This document shows positions 38,722-46,656 of a stretch of 64,000 nucleotides of DNA, in pieces. The stretch is taken from NCBI GenBank assembly GCA_963590075.1, contig CAVANK010000003.1, forward strand, positions 12,100-76,099, read 5' to 3'. Position numbers and translations under genes: made by a program. The notes under the pieces were generated by a model. It searched no databases, was not told the origin of the DNA, and saw nothing but the letters and a program-made list of their open reading frames with translations. How positions within the stretch are numbered: the first letter of the stretch is position 1; the number at the start of each line of letters is the position of its first letter. Origin of the DNA: Eshraghiella crossota (lineage in GTDB: Bacteria > Bacillota > Clostridia > Christensenellales > CAG-917).

Positions 38722-39297
38722 ATGGTGGTGCAGTATTCTAGTCAGATTCCACCGACTCGGAGGCGGGGGTAAAATATCGCCGAAGGGCATATCGATGAAG
38801 TTTCTGGTGACGGCTTCTTTTGCCCAAATTGGGGCTGTTGCTGGGAGTTAAGGTTTTTGGGCGGCTTGCAACGGCATGCAAACCCCGTACCAATTTCCGT
38901 GGAGACCCAACTCGGTGGGCAATGTAAAAACTGTCTACTGACTGGGGTGAAACCTGATATGCGGTGTAAAAATGCTGTGTACAGTGTAGCCTGCTTTGAG
39001 TGACGTATAGGGATTAGGGATCACGCCTTTTCGTATGGCCAATACGCGACGGTGATTGCCCGATGAAATGTACGTTGCAAAAAAAGATAAGGGCGGGCGG
39101 AATCTGTCAAGGAAATCTTCTAGACTGTTCTTTGAGGCAATCTGGGGATTATAGTGCGCTCTAAGTGGCGATTCGGTTTCTTCTTAAAGACGATGCGACG
39201 AGTAATAGGAAACTTCTCGGACGGCGACGACGAGTTTCGACGCAGGGAAATCCTACCGAACCTATGGCGCAAGGTTTACCCAAATTGTCACCACCAT
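38722..39297 (+). ncRNA. ole: Large structured non-coding RNA of about 575 nt, most likely OLE (ornate, large, extremophilic) RNA
   Basis: No ORF of 60 aa or more occurs in any frame from 38630 to 39164, and the region is richer in G+C than other spacers. The closing helix is ATGGTGGTG (38722-38730) with CACCACCAT (39289-39297). Long-range helices are CAGATTCC (38743-38750) with GGAATCTG (39099-39106), TCTAG (38737-38741) with CTAGA (39120-39124), and CCACCGA (38749-38755) with TCGGTGG (38912-38918). A local hairpin lies at 38866-38881. A four-TM protein gene follows directly, then tlyA-nadK-argR-recN, which is the published OLE/oapA neighbourhood. Confidence 0.7.
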
Positions 39298-39323
39298 CAA
39301 AGCAAGAAAATTTGAGGTATTTC

Positions 39324-40217
39324 GTGGATAATCTCAATCAACAAGAAGCGGACGCTTCCAATATACCGTTGCCATCGAAAGAGCAGTCTTCCGATGGTAT
39401 TTCTTTTTCGCAAAACGGTCAAAACGGTGCGGTAGATACTCAAAATGCCGTTACAATTGAAAAAATTTCAACCGACGTCGCAACTGCGCGCCAACCAAAA
39501 ACAGAACATCCCGACAAGAAGAAAAAGCCCAAGAAAAAACGCAACCTTTGGTGGATAAAAGCCATTATAATTTCACTTGTTTTGTCCGCGTTTTTCTCAT
39601 ATATAAGCAACCTTGTAGAGAACGCCGACCAACTTGTCGTGGTTATCGTTTTGCTTGCGTTCCTCGTGCTTACGGGTATCTTGTTCGACGCAATCGGTGT
39701 GGCGGTGACTTCGTGTGACGTAACGCCTATCATATCGATGGCTTCGAGAAAGGTTTACGGCGCAAAAACTGCGTTAAACCTTGTCAAAAACAGCGATACC
39801 GTATCGAGTGTGTGCAACGATATAATCGGTGATATTTTCAGTATTATATCGGGTGCTTGCTCGGCGGCACTCGTCGTCAAAATCACCGTATCTCTTCAAG
39901 AAACGTGGCAAATCGTCGTATCTATTGCGGTGTCCGCTCTCGTCTCGGCAATGACGATAGGCGGTAAAGCGTTTATGAAGAAGATTGCAATCGACAATTC
40001 AAAAGACTTTGTAATGTTCGTAGCGCGCATACTTGCAATTTTCTCAAAGGAAGAGCGGAAGATCCGCAAGAAAAACAAAGCCGATAAGGCGGAAAATTCG
40101 GGTAAAACGGACAAATCAAGCAAATCATATAAAAACGAGAAAATCGAAAAATTTGATAAAAACGATAATAAAAACGTGGCAACTTCTGCAAAATCTAAGG
40201 ATAAAAAAGCAAAATAA
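39324..40217 (+). CDS. oapA: OapA-like (OLE-associated protein A) four-TM membrane protein with polar N- and Lys-rich C-terminal extensions
   Basis: GTG 39324 has GAGG (39314-39317) 6 nt upstream and lies just 3' of the RNA closing helix. Four TM helices are predicted (LWWIKAIIISLVLSAFF; LVVVIVLLAFLVLTGILFDAIGV; VCNDIIGDIFSIISGACSAALVV; IVVSIAVSALVSAMTIGG), with an Asp-x3-Asp motif (DIIGD) in TM3. The annotated ORF start at 39165 lies inside the RNA and is rejected. Confidence 0.55.
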   Translation: MDNLNQQEADASNIPLPSKEQSSDGISFSQNGQNGAVDTQNAVTIEKISTDVATARQPKTEHPDKKKKPKKKRNLWWIKAIIISLVLSAFFSYISNLVENADQLVVVIVLLAFLVLTGILFDAIGVAVTSCDVTPIISMASRKVYGAKTALNLVKNSDTVSSVCNDIIGDIFSIISGACSAALVVKITVSLQETWQIVVSIAVSALVSAMTIGGKAFMKKIAIDNSKDFVMFVARILAIFSKEERKIRKKNKADKAENSGKTDKSSKSYKNEKIEKFDKNDNKNVATSAKSKDKKAK

Positions 40218-40250
40218 TCAAAAAACGCAACGACGTTTGTACTTGAAATT

Positions 40251-40961
40251 ATGCGACTTGACAAGTATATACAAGACAAATTCAATCTAAAATCTCGCAC
40301 TTATGCCGAAAACCTTATAAAAACGGGCAACGTTTTCGTCGACGGAAAAGCGGTTACCAAAAGCGGTGAGGACGTTGACGACAGCAACGTCGTTGAGATT
40401 TTTGACAATCAAAATTTTGCCTCGCAAGGTGCGTATAAACTTGAAAAGGCGTTTGAAGAGTGGCATATCGACGTTACGAGCAAGTATTGCGCGGATATCG
40501 GATGCTCCAACGGCGGTTTTACCGATTGTCTTTTAAGGCACGGTGCAAACGAAGTGCTTGCGGTTGACGTCGGGGAGTGCGCTCTTGACAAAAGATTGTT
40601 AGATAGCGGAAAAGTCAAGTTTTTGCGTGCAAACGCAAGGGAGCTTCCGCCTCTTGAACAAGTTGATTTTTTGTGCAGTGATTTGAGTTTCATATCCTTA
40701 AAATACGTGCTCGGTTCTATGTTTTCGCTATTGAAAAACGGCGGTGAAGCGGTGGTGCTTGTCAAACCTCAATTTGAACTCGACAAGTCCGCACTCAACA
40801 AAAACGGCATAGTAAAGAGCGAAAAATTGCGAAAAATCGCCCTTGAAAACGTCAAAAATTATGTCAGAGATTGCGGTTTTGTCATAAAAGGCGAGACGAT
40901 TTCACCCATACGCTACGAAAATAAAAACGTCGAGTATTTGCTATATTTGCAAAAGCCGTAA
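40251..40961 (+). CDS. tlyA: TlyA family rRNA (cytidine-2'-O)-methyltransferase
   Basis: An S4 domain (MRLDKYIQDKFNLKSRTYAENLIKTGNVFVDGKAV) is followed by an FtsJ-type SAM-binding motif (CADIGCSNGGFTDCLL). Confidence 0.9.
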   Translation: MRLDKYIQDKFNLKSRTYAENLIKTGNVFVDGKAVTKSGEDVDDSNVVEIFDNQNFASQGAYKLEKAFEEWHIDVTSKYCADIGCSNGGFTDCLLRHGANEVLAVDVGECALDKRLLDSGKVKFLRANARELPPLEQVDFLCSDLSFISLKYVLGSMFSLLKNGGEAVVLVKPQFELDKSALNKNGIVKSEKLRKIALENVKNYVRDCGFVIKGETISPIRYENKNVEYLLYLQKP

Positions 40962-40995
40962 TCGATTTATTGCGGTTAAATCAAACGATTTGAAA

Positions 40996-41027
40996 AAGTA
41001 AGAGTGGCACGTGCCACTCTTTTTAGT
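40996..41027. terminator. Bidirectional rho-independent terminator
   Basis: Perfect palindrome AGAGTGGCAC/GTGCCACTCT (41001-41020), flanked by GAAAAAGTA and TTTTTAGTTTT. It lies between convergent tlyA and the small membrane protein gene. Confidence 0.85.
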
Positions 41028-41105
41028 TTTTGATATTGCGCAATATCGATTTTTATATCGTGCGATATCGTCTTAAAAATTATCGATATTTGTCGTTGAA
41101 ACAGA

Positions 41106-41414
41106 TTATTTTTTTTCGATATCGGTGTTGGGCGTTGTTTCGGGTGTTTCCGTATCGGTAGCCGTTTGTGCGTTTGCGTTGTCGCTATTTTCGGGATCGG
41201 CGTCCTTACCTTTGGATTTTTTGGATTTCTTTTTCTTGCCGTCGTCGGCGGTTTGGTCTTGTTTGCCAACCTTGGTGTCGGGATAAGACGGTTTGGATTT
41301 TTTGTTGTTGACATAGAATACGCACACAACAATTATTATAGCAAAAATAAGTCCCGAGAGTCCCGCGACAAGTTTTGAGCCAAATCCGGATATACAAATC
41401 AAAGTTTCAAGCAT
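41106..41414 (-). CDS. Small single-TM protein with a Lys-rich/acidic disordered tail (hypothetical)
   Basis: The protein begins MLETLICISGFGSKLVAGLSGLIFAIIIVVCVFYV, followed by NNKKSKPSYPDTKVGKQDQTADDGKKKKSKKSKGKD and an acidic T/E-rich tail. The ATG at 41414 lies 7 nt after a -10 box. No family recognised. Confidence 0.5.
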   Translation of the reverse strand: MLETLICISGFGSKLVAGLSGLIFAIIIVVCVFYVNNKKSKPSYPDTKVGKQDQTADDGKKKKSKKSKGKDADPENSDNANAQTATDTETPETTPNTDIEKK

Positions 41415-41420
41415 ATTTTT

Positions 41421-41448
41421 ATTATACAACGAGTAGCGAAAAAGTCAA
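41421..41448 (-). promoter_or_regulatory. Sigma-A promoter positioned for a leaderless transcript of the small membrane protein gene
   Basis: On the - strand: TTGACT (41448-41443), a 16-nt spacer, then TATAAT (41426-41421). The ATG begins at 41414, six nt after the -10 hexamer. Confidence 0.55.
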
Positions 41449-41515
41449 ACACATTGATGCATAGTACAAAAATGCATAAAATTGCAAAATAGTATATAAA
41501 ATATTCATTTTATAC

Positions 41516-41544
41516 TTGTATTCAAAGGGGAAAAGTTGTATAAT
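41516..41544 (+). promoter_or_regulatory. Sigma-A promoter positioned for a leaderless or near-leaderless nadK-argR-recN transcript
   Basis: TTGTAT (41516-41521), a 17-nt spacer, then TATAAT (41539-41544). The nadK ATG at 41553 is only 8 nt downstream and has no Shine-Dalgarno sequence. Confidence 0.55.
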
Positions 41545-41552
41545 ACGCATAA

Positions 41553-42359
41553 ATGAAAGAAAAAGTTGCAATCGTTACAAAAGCGGGCTTGACCGATATA
41601 AAAGAGCGTATTGCCATCGTTGACGAGATAACAAACGACGGCGATTTTGACGTATACGAGCTTAAAGTCGGTGAGGAATACAAAGACGGCACTTCGATTG
41701 CGGTGGTTTTCGGCGGTGACGGAACTATGCTTGAAGCCGTTCGAGGGGCAAAAGGCACGGACATCGCCTTCTTTGGCGTAAATCTCGGCAATCTCGGTTT
41801 TTTGACGTCTTGTGAGAAAAACGAGAGCGCAAAAAATATCGTAAACGCCCTAAAAGAGCGCAAATGCGCGGAGCGGATGCTTCTTTGCGGAAGCGTGAAC
41901 GGCAACGATTTTCAAGCGCTTAACGAGGTCGTGATAAAAAGCGCGACTTCGAGACCTATATACGTTGACTTGTTTATAGACGGCAACTTCGTCGATTGCT
42001 ACCATAGCGACGGCGCAATCGTAGCGTCTCCGACGGGTTCGACGGCGTATTCGCTTTCGGCGGGAGGTCCTATCGTCGCTCCGAGCGTTGACGCGCTTAC
42101 TGTCAATCCGATTTGCCCGCACTCGCTTCATTCTCGTCCGCTCGTAGTGGACGCAAACTCGAAGATTGTTCTTTCGCTTCACGGCAGTGAAACGGCAAGC
42201 GTTTTTGCGGACGGAAAGTTTATTTTGGGCGCAAAAGACGGAGACGAAATCGTCGTGAAAAAATCCGAAAACAAAGCAAAATTTATCATTGCAAACAGCG
42301 ATGATTTTTATAAAAAACTACTTCAAAAGATGAACAGATGGGGAGTTACCTCACGGTAA
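41553..42359 (+). CDS. nadK: NAD kinase
   Basis: GGDGTML motif, followed by NLGNLGFLT and the TGSTAYSLSAGGPIV signature. Confidence 0.93.
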   Translation: MKEKVAIVTKAGLTDIKERIAIVDEITNDGDFDVYELKVGEEYKDGTSIAVVFGGDGTMLEAVRGAKGTDIAFFGVNLGNLGFLTSCEKNESAKNIVNALKERKCAERMLLCGSVNGNDFQALNEVVIKSATSRPIYVDLFIDGNFVDCYHSDGAIVASPTGSTAYSLSAGGPIVAPSVDALTVNPICPHSLHSRPLVVDANSKIVLSLHGSETASVFADGKFILGAKDGDEIVVKKSENKAKFIIANSDDFYKKLLQKMNRWGVTSR

Positions 42360-42382
42360 ATCCAAAGGATAAGGTGATAATT

Positions 42383-42856
42383 ATGGCAAGAGCAAATCGT
42401 CAACTCAAAATTTTGGATATTATATCCAAACACGATATCGATACGCAAGAAGAACTTGTAGATTATTTGAGTCAAGAAGGTTTCAATGTTACGCAAGCGA
42501 CTATATCTCGCGACATCAAAGATATGGGCATCATCAAGACGCTCGCAAGCGACGGCAGACATTATAAATACGCCGCTCAACAACAAAAAGAGACCAACGC
42601 CGCAGACAAATATCTCAATATGTTCAAGAATACGGTTATTTCCATACGCAGTTCAGGCAATCTTATCGTGTTGCGTACGGAAGTGGGTAGCGCAGGTCCT
42701 GCCGCAGAACTTATCGACAAACTCGCATACGACGAGGTTTTGGGCGTAGTTGCGGGTGATAATACCATATTCGTTGCAGTCGACGGAGTGGAACACGTTG
42801 ACACGGTGCGCCGTAGACTCGAAGATTTGCTTGAAGCAAACAGACTTTTCAGCTAA
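42383..42856 (+). CDS. argR: Arginine repressor
   Basis: The N-terminal wHTH is RQLKILDIISKHDIDTQEELVDYLSQEGFNVTQATISRDIKDMG. The C-terminal oligomerisation/Arg-binding region contains GVVAGDNTIFV. Confidence 0.9.
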   Translation: MARANRQLKILDIISKHDIDTQEELVDYLSQEGFNVTQATISRDIKDMGIIKTLASDGRHYKYAAQQQKETNAADKYLNMFKNTVISIRSSGNLIVLRTEVGSAGPAAELIDKLAYDEVLGVVAGDNTIFVAVDGVEHVDTVRRRLEDLLEANRLFS

Positions 42857-42874
42857 AAGTTATTAAAGACCAAA

Positions 42875-44569
42875 ATGCTCTCTCAATTATCAATTGAAAA
42901 CATCGCACTAATCGACAAACTCGAATTGTCGCTTTCAAACGGGCTCAACGTTTTGAGCGGTGAAACGGGCGCGGGCAAGTCTATAATCATAGACTCGCTG
43001 AATTTTGTATTGGGCGAAAGAGCGGACAAATCGCTTATACGCTACGGCACGGATCAAGCGGTGGTGCAAGCGGTATTCGAGGACTATCTTACGCCAAACG
43101 TCAAGGATTATCTCGACGATTTGGGAATAGAAGCCGAAGACGTGCTTATTTTGCGCCGTAAAATGACGGTTGACGGCAAAAACGAGTGCCGTATAAACGG
43201 CAGAATTTCCACGCTTTCAATCCTAAAAGGATTGACGGAAATGCTGGTGGACATTCACGGACAGCACGAACACCAATCTTTGCTAAAAAGCTCCAACCAT
43301 ATCAAATTGCTTGACGATATGGGTGAAAGTGCGGTTGAAAAAGCAAAAGAAACCGTCTATAAATCACACAAAAAATACGTGTCGCTCAAAAACGAATTTG
43401 CCAAATTCGGTGACGCAAGCGAGAGAGAACGCAAGCTTGACGTGCTTACTTATCAAATAGAAGAAATCGAGAAAGCGGACGTCAAAGACGGTGAAGAAGA
43501 GGAACTTTTGGCGCAACGCAAGCGTATCCGCAATATGGAAAAAATACTTTCCGCATTGTCGGATGCAAAGCGCATACTTGACGGATACGACTCGTCGAGC
43601 GTGAGCGCGTCTATCAAAAATTGCTCGTCTTTGCTCAATTCCATATCAAGTTATGATGATCAAATCGCACCGCTCACCGATAGGTTGGACAGTGCAAAGG
43701 TCGAGATTGCCGATATAAGCGATACTCTGGAAGATATGCTTGAAAGATTGGACTTCGATGCGCGTTCCGCCGAAAAAATCGAAGAAAGGCTTGAACTCGT
43801 GCGCACGATATTGCATAAATACGGCGGAAATTGGGACGCTTTGCAAAAGTTTTATCAAAACGCAACCGAAGAAGCAAATATGCTTGCCAACGCTTCCGAA
43901 ACGGTCGAAAAACTCGAAAAAGAGATAAAATCCGCTCAAAAAGATCTCGTGGATGACGCGCAAAAACTTACCGCGCTCCGCCAAAAAGTCGCAAAGAAAT
44001 TCGAGAAGGATATCACCAAAGAACTTTGCGATTTGGGTATGAACGGATCTACTTTCAAAGTGGATATTGCAACTACCGACGTTCCCGACGAAATCGGTGC
44101 TAATGGTGCCGATAGCGTGGAATTTTTGATATCGCCTAACGTCGGTGAACCTCTAAAACCGCTTGCAAAAATCATTTCCGGTGGTGAAATGTCGAGATTT
44201 ATGCTCGCTTTCAAAAATATCATTGCGGGCATAGACGGCATCGGAACGATGGTATTCGACGAGATAGATACCGGAATTTCCGGCAATATCTCCGCTGTTG
44301 TATCCGAGAAAATGTGCAATATATCGCGCAATAGACAAGTCATTGCCGTGACGCATATGCCTTCGATTGCCGCTATGGCGGACAGCCATTATCTCATTGC
44401 AAAGTCAACTCAAAACGGAAAAACGCTTACTCACATCGACTTGCTCGAAGACGATACGGACGAGGTGGCAAGACTTATCGGCGGAAACGATTATAGCAAA
44501 TACGCCGTACCTCACGCGCACGAGATGAAAGCGTGGGCGCAAAGATACAAAGAGAGTATTGCAAAATAA
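42875..44569 (+). CDS. recN: DNA repair protein RecN
   Basis: Walker A is GETGAGKSIIIDSL. A long coiled-coil is followed by the signature/Walker B region ISGGEMSRFMLAFK...MVFDEIDTGISG. Confidence 0.93.
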   Translation: MLSQLSIENIALIDKLELSLSNGLNVLSGETGAGKSIIIDSLNFVLGERADKSLIRYGTDQAVVQAVFEDYLTPNVKDYLDDLGIEAEDVLILRRKMTVDGKNECRINGRISTLSILKGLTEMLVDIHGQHEHQSLLKSSNHIKLLDDMGESAVEKAKETVYKSHKKYVSLKNEFAKFGDASERERKLDVLTYQIEEIEKADVKDGEEEELLAQRKRIRNMEKILSALSDAKRILDGYDSSSVSASIKNCSSLLNSISSYDDQIAPLTDRLDSAKVEIADISDTLEDMLERLDFDARSAEKIEERLELVRTILHKYGGNWDALQKFYQNATEEANMLANASETVEKLEKEIKSAQKDLVDDAQKLTALRQKVAKKFEKDITKELCDLGMNGSTFKVDIATTDVPDEIGANGADSVEFLISPNVGEPLKPLAKIISGGEMSRFMLAFKNIIAGIDGIGTMVFDEIDTGISGNISAVVSEKMCNISRNRQVIAVTHMPSIAAMADSHYLIAKSTQNGKTLTHIDLLEDDTDEVARLIGGNDYSKYAVPHAHEMKAWAQRYKESIAK

Positions 44570-44607
44570 CCAAGTATCATATTTGGGAAATAAAAGCAAT
44601 ATCACAG

Positions 44608-44646
44608 GCAAACGAGAGCAAAATGCCCATTTCGTTTGCTTTTTTT
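44608..44646 (+). terminator. Rho-independent terminator after recN
   Basis: GCAAACGA (44608-44615) pairs with TCGTTTGC (44632-44639), followed by T7. Confidence 0.75.
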
Positions 44647-44670
44647 ATATAAATGTGCTTTAATCTATAT

Positions 44671-44993
44671 GCGAGTTAGCCGGACGGTCGCATGAAATAT
44701 TTGAGGAAAGTCCGAGCATCACAGGGCATGGGTGCCGGGTAACTCCCGGTGAAGGCGACTTCAAGGACAGTGCAACAGAAAAATACCGCCGATTTTTCGG
44801 TAAGGATGGAAAGGCGAGGTAAGAGCTCACCCGCAATTTGGCGACAATGCGCGATGTAAACCCCACTCGATGCAAGATCGGGAACGCGAAAAAGTGGCCC
44901 GCAAAGTTCCCCACATCGCTTGAAACGTGCAGAAATGTACGTTCTAGATAGATGACCGTCAAACACAGAACTCGGCTTACAGACTAATCTCGC
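44671..44993 (+). ncRNA. rnpB: RNase P RNA (bacterial type A)
   Basis: The universally conserved GAGGAAAGTCCGAGC lies at 44703-44717. Also present are GGGTGCCGGGTAACTCCCGG, ACAGAAAAATACCGCC, GGTAAGAGCTCACC, and ACAGAACTCGGCTTACAG at 44965-44982. P1 forms between GCGAGTTAG (5') and CTAATCTCGC (3'). Ends are accurate to about 10 nt. Confidence 0.92.
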
Positions 44994-44996
44994 TAT

Positions 44997-45030
44997 GAAA
45001 GAAGAAGGTGCAAGAGCCTTCTTTTTTCTT
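44997..45030 (+). terminator. Rho-independent terminator after rnpB
   Basis: AGAAGG (45003-45008) pairs with CCTTCT (45017-45022), followed by a T-run. Confidence 0.65.
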
Positions 45031-45127
45031 TTGTAAAACGGTATTCTAACGACTTTAAATTGCATTTTTCCAATAAATATTGCGCCATTTTCTTACTAAA
45101 AAACGAAATATAGGCAATAAATAACGT

Positions 45128-46510
45128 ATGGTTTATGCAATTACGATAGTTACGGTGGCGGTATTCTTCGTCATATACTTACTTACGCGTGAAAAACCGC
45201 GCGATAAATACGCAAAGAAGCTCGGTGAAACGGAGTATAATTCCGCTTGCAAGGAATTGGTGCGACTTATGCCGTTGCCCGAGGAGTGCGGAACGGTCAA
45301 CGATAAATTTTATAAAAGGCATATAAAATTTGCGCTTTTTACCCTCAAAAACAAAAAGTATAAGGGGATATTTGACGATTTTCTTGAAAATAAGGAGCTT
45401 TTGCAACCGCTTTTGAAGGCGGATTATTCTCGTCTTGCGGATTTTGCAAGCGTAGATAGTGAGCCGAGATGCGTAAAACTTGCAAGATTTTGCCTTGAAA
45501 GTTCAGATTATATATTTATTGCCGATAGAGTGAAAACTCTATTTGACGAGCAAAATAAAATCAGGACGATAACTTTCGGCGAGATTTCGTATATGAAAGA
45601 GGCGTTTTTGTACGTGTTGCTTGAAAAGGCGTATTTAGTATTCGACGACTTAAAAACGTTGACAAAAGTTATGAAAATCGCTAAAAAGTACGTAAACGAC
45701 GACGGAAACGCATTACTCAACAAAAAATATAAGGCGTATTCAAAGTCAAAACTGTTTTTGAGTTTGTGTGCGATAAGCGCGTGTTATAGCGGTGAAGCGC
45801 ACCAAAAATCTTTTGTCGATACGATTGACAATATCTACACAAAGTACGTACATTTGCTCGACAGCGTGCAAAGTGTATTATATTACGATTTTTCCGTACA
45901 TTATTCTCCGCTTGAAATATTCGATAAATTCGATAGTTTTGCAAACGCGACGGAAACGCAAAAAATCAATTTTCTTTCGTTGTTTTCAAAACTCTCGGAT
46001 AAGGAAAATCTCGACGAGTTTATGTACGCGATAAGAGCGGAGAAGTATATGACAACGTCGTCCGCAGGGCACTCAAAAGTGTGGCGTAATTCGCTACTAA
46101 ATAGAAAATACTGCGTCATATCTCAACGTCAAAATCTATCTATGCTCGCGTCGGCATTGCGTTCTGACATATTTATGAAGATATGCTTTGACGACGCAAA
46201 AGAGGCTAAAAAGAAGAAAAGTATTTCAAAAATCATTGATTTCGAGAATACATTTGAGCCGATATATAAGTTTTCAACGATAAATTTCGGTTTGTCGGTA
46301 CAAAACGACGTTTTGCGATTGTCCCCGCATTTACCGCAAAACGTAGTGAGTGCGGACGTTGCATTCAAATCGAAAGATACCACGCATAGAGTGAAAATTC
46401 TAAAAGGCGTGGAAGAAAAGATATATCTCGGAAGTACGCAAATCAAGGGAACACACATTATAAAACTTGCCGACAAGCCTCTCGATATAACCGTCGTCGT
46501 GAAAGAATAA
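45128..46510 (+). CDS. Hypothetical membrane-anchored protein (460 aa), AT-rich gene
   Basis: An N-terminal TM helix (VYAITIVTVAVFFVIYLL) is present. The segment SVDSEPRCVKLARFCLE...ITFGEISYMKEAFLYVLLEKAYLVFDDL faintly resembles the N-terminal region of GH94/cyclic-glucan-synthase-like proteins, but no catalytic domain follows. Function unknown. Confidence 0.5.
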   Translation: MVYAITIVTVAVFFVIYLLTREKPRDKYAKKLGETEYNSACKELVRLMPLPEECGTVNDKFYKRHIKFALFTLKNKKYKGIFDDFLENKELLQPLLKADYSRLADFASVDSEPRCVKLARFCLESSDYIFIADRVKTLFDEQNKIRTITFGEISYMKEAFLYVLLEKAYLVFDDLKTLTKVMKIAKKYVNDDGNALLNKKYKAYSKSKLFLSLCAISACYSGEAHQKSFVDTIDNIYTKYVHLLDSVQSVLYYDFSVHYSPLEIFDKFDSFANATETQKINFLSLFSKLSDKENLDEFMYAIRAEKYMTTSSAGHSKVWRNSLLNRKYCVISQRQNLSMLASALRSDIFMKICFDDAKEAKKKKSISKIIDFENTFEPIYKFSTINFGLSVQNDVLRLSPHLPQNVVSADVAFKSKDTTHRVKILKGVEEKIYLGSTQIKGTHIIKLADKPLDITVVVKE

Positions 46511-46627
46511 CGTTTGTTTATTTCGACGAACAAATAAAAAGATTGAATGAGGACGCTTCGATTATGCCGAATTTTATAAAAATACGAGCGAAAAATGCGC
46601 TTAATTGAGGCGTTTTTTCATATTTTG

Positions 46628-46656
46628 TTGACTATTATATTTTGTTTTGTTATTAT
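46628..46656 (+). promoter_or_regulatory. Putative sigma-A promoter for pheST
   Basis: TTGACT (46628-46633), a 17-nt spacer, then TATTAT (46651-46656). This leaves a leader of only about 50 nt. Confidence 0.5.

Noticed and set aside
38722-39297. Alternative identities for the large RNA: tmRNA, group I/II intron, T-box, 6S or SRP RNA
   Set aside because: There is no tRNA-like acceptor/T-arm end or tag ORF, which rules out tmRNA. There is no intron-encoded protein, no interrupted host gene, and none of the group II domain V signature I looked for. It is far too long for 6S, SRP or T-box RNA, and it has no T-box sequence. Synteny with an oapA-like gene and tlyA-nadK-argR-recN favours OLE.
39165-39323. 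The 5' part of the annotated 350-aa ORF (39165-40217), which would add 53 residues (MAIRFLLKDDATSNRKLLGRRRRV...) to the membrane protein
   Set aside because: This segment lies inside the structured RNA, upstream of the 3' strand of its closing helix at 39289-39297. It has no RBS, and its Arg-rich translation looks like a by-product of G+C-rich RNA sequence. GTG 39324, with a GAGG RBS, is the first start outside the RNA.
44660-45065. Minus-strand ORFs of 100 and 129 aa (44660-44962 and 44676-45065)
   Set aside because: They are antisense to an unambiguous RNase P RNA gene (GAGGAAAGTCCGAGC and other motifs on the + strand). They are spurious ORFs within a structured RNA.
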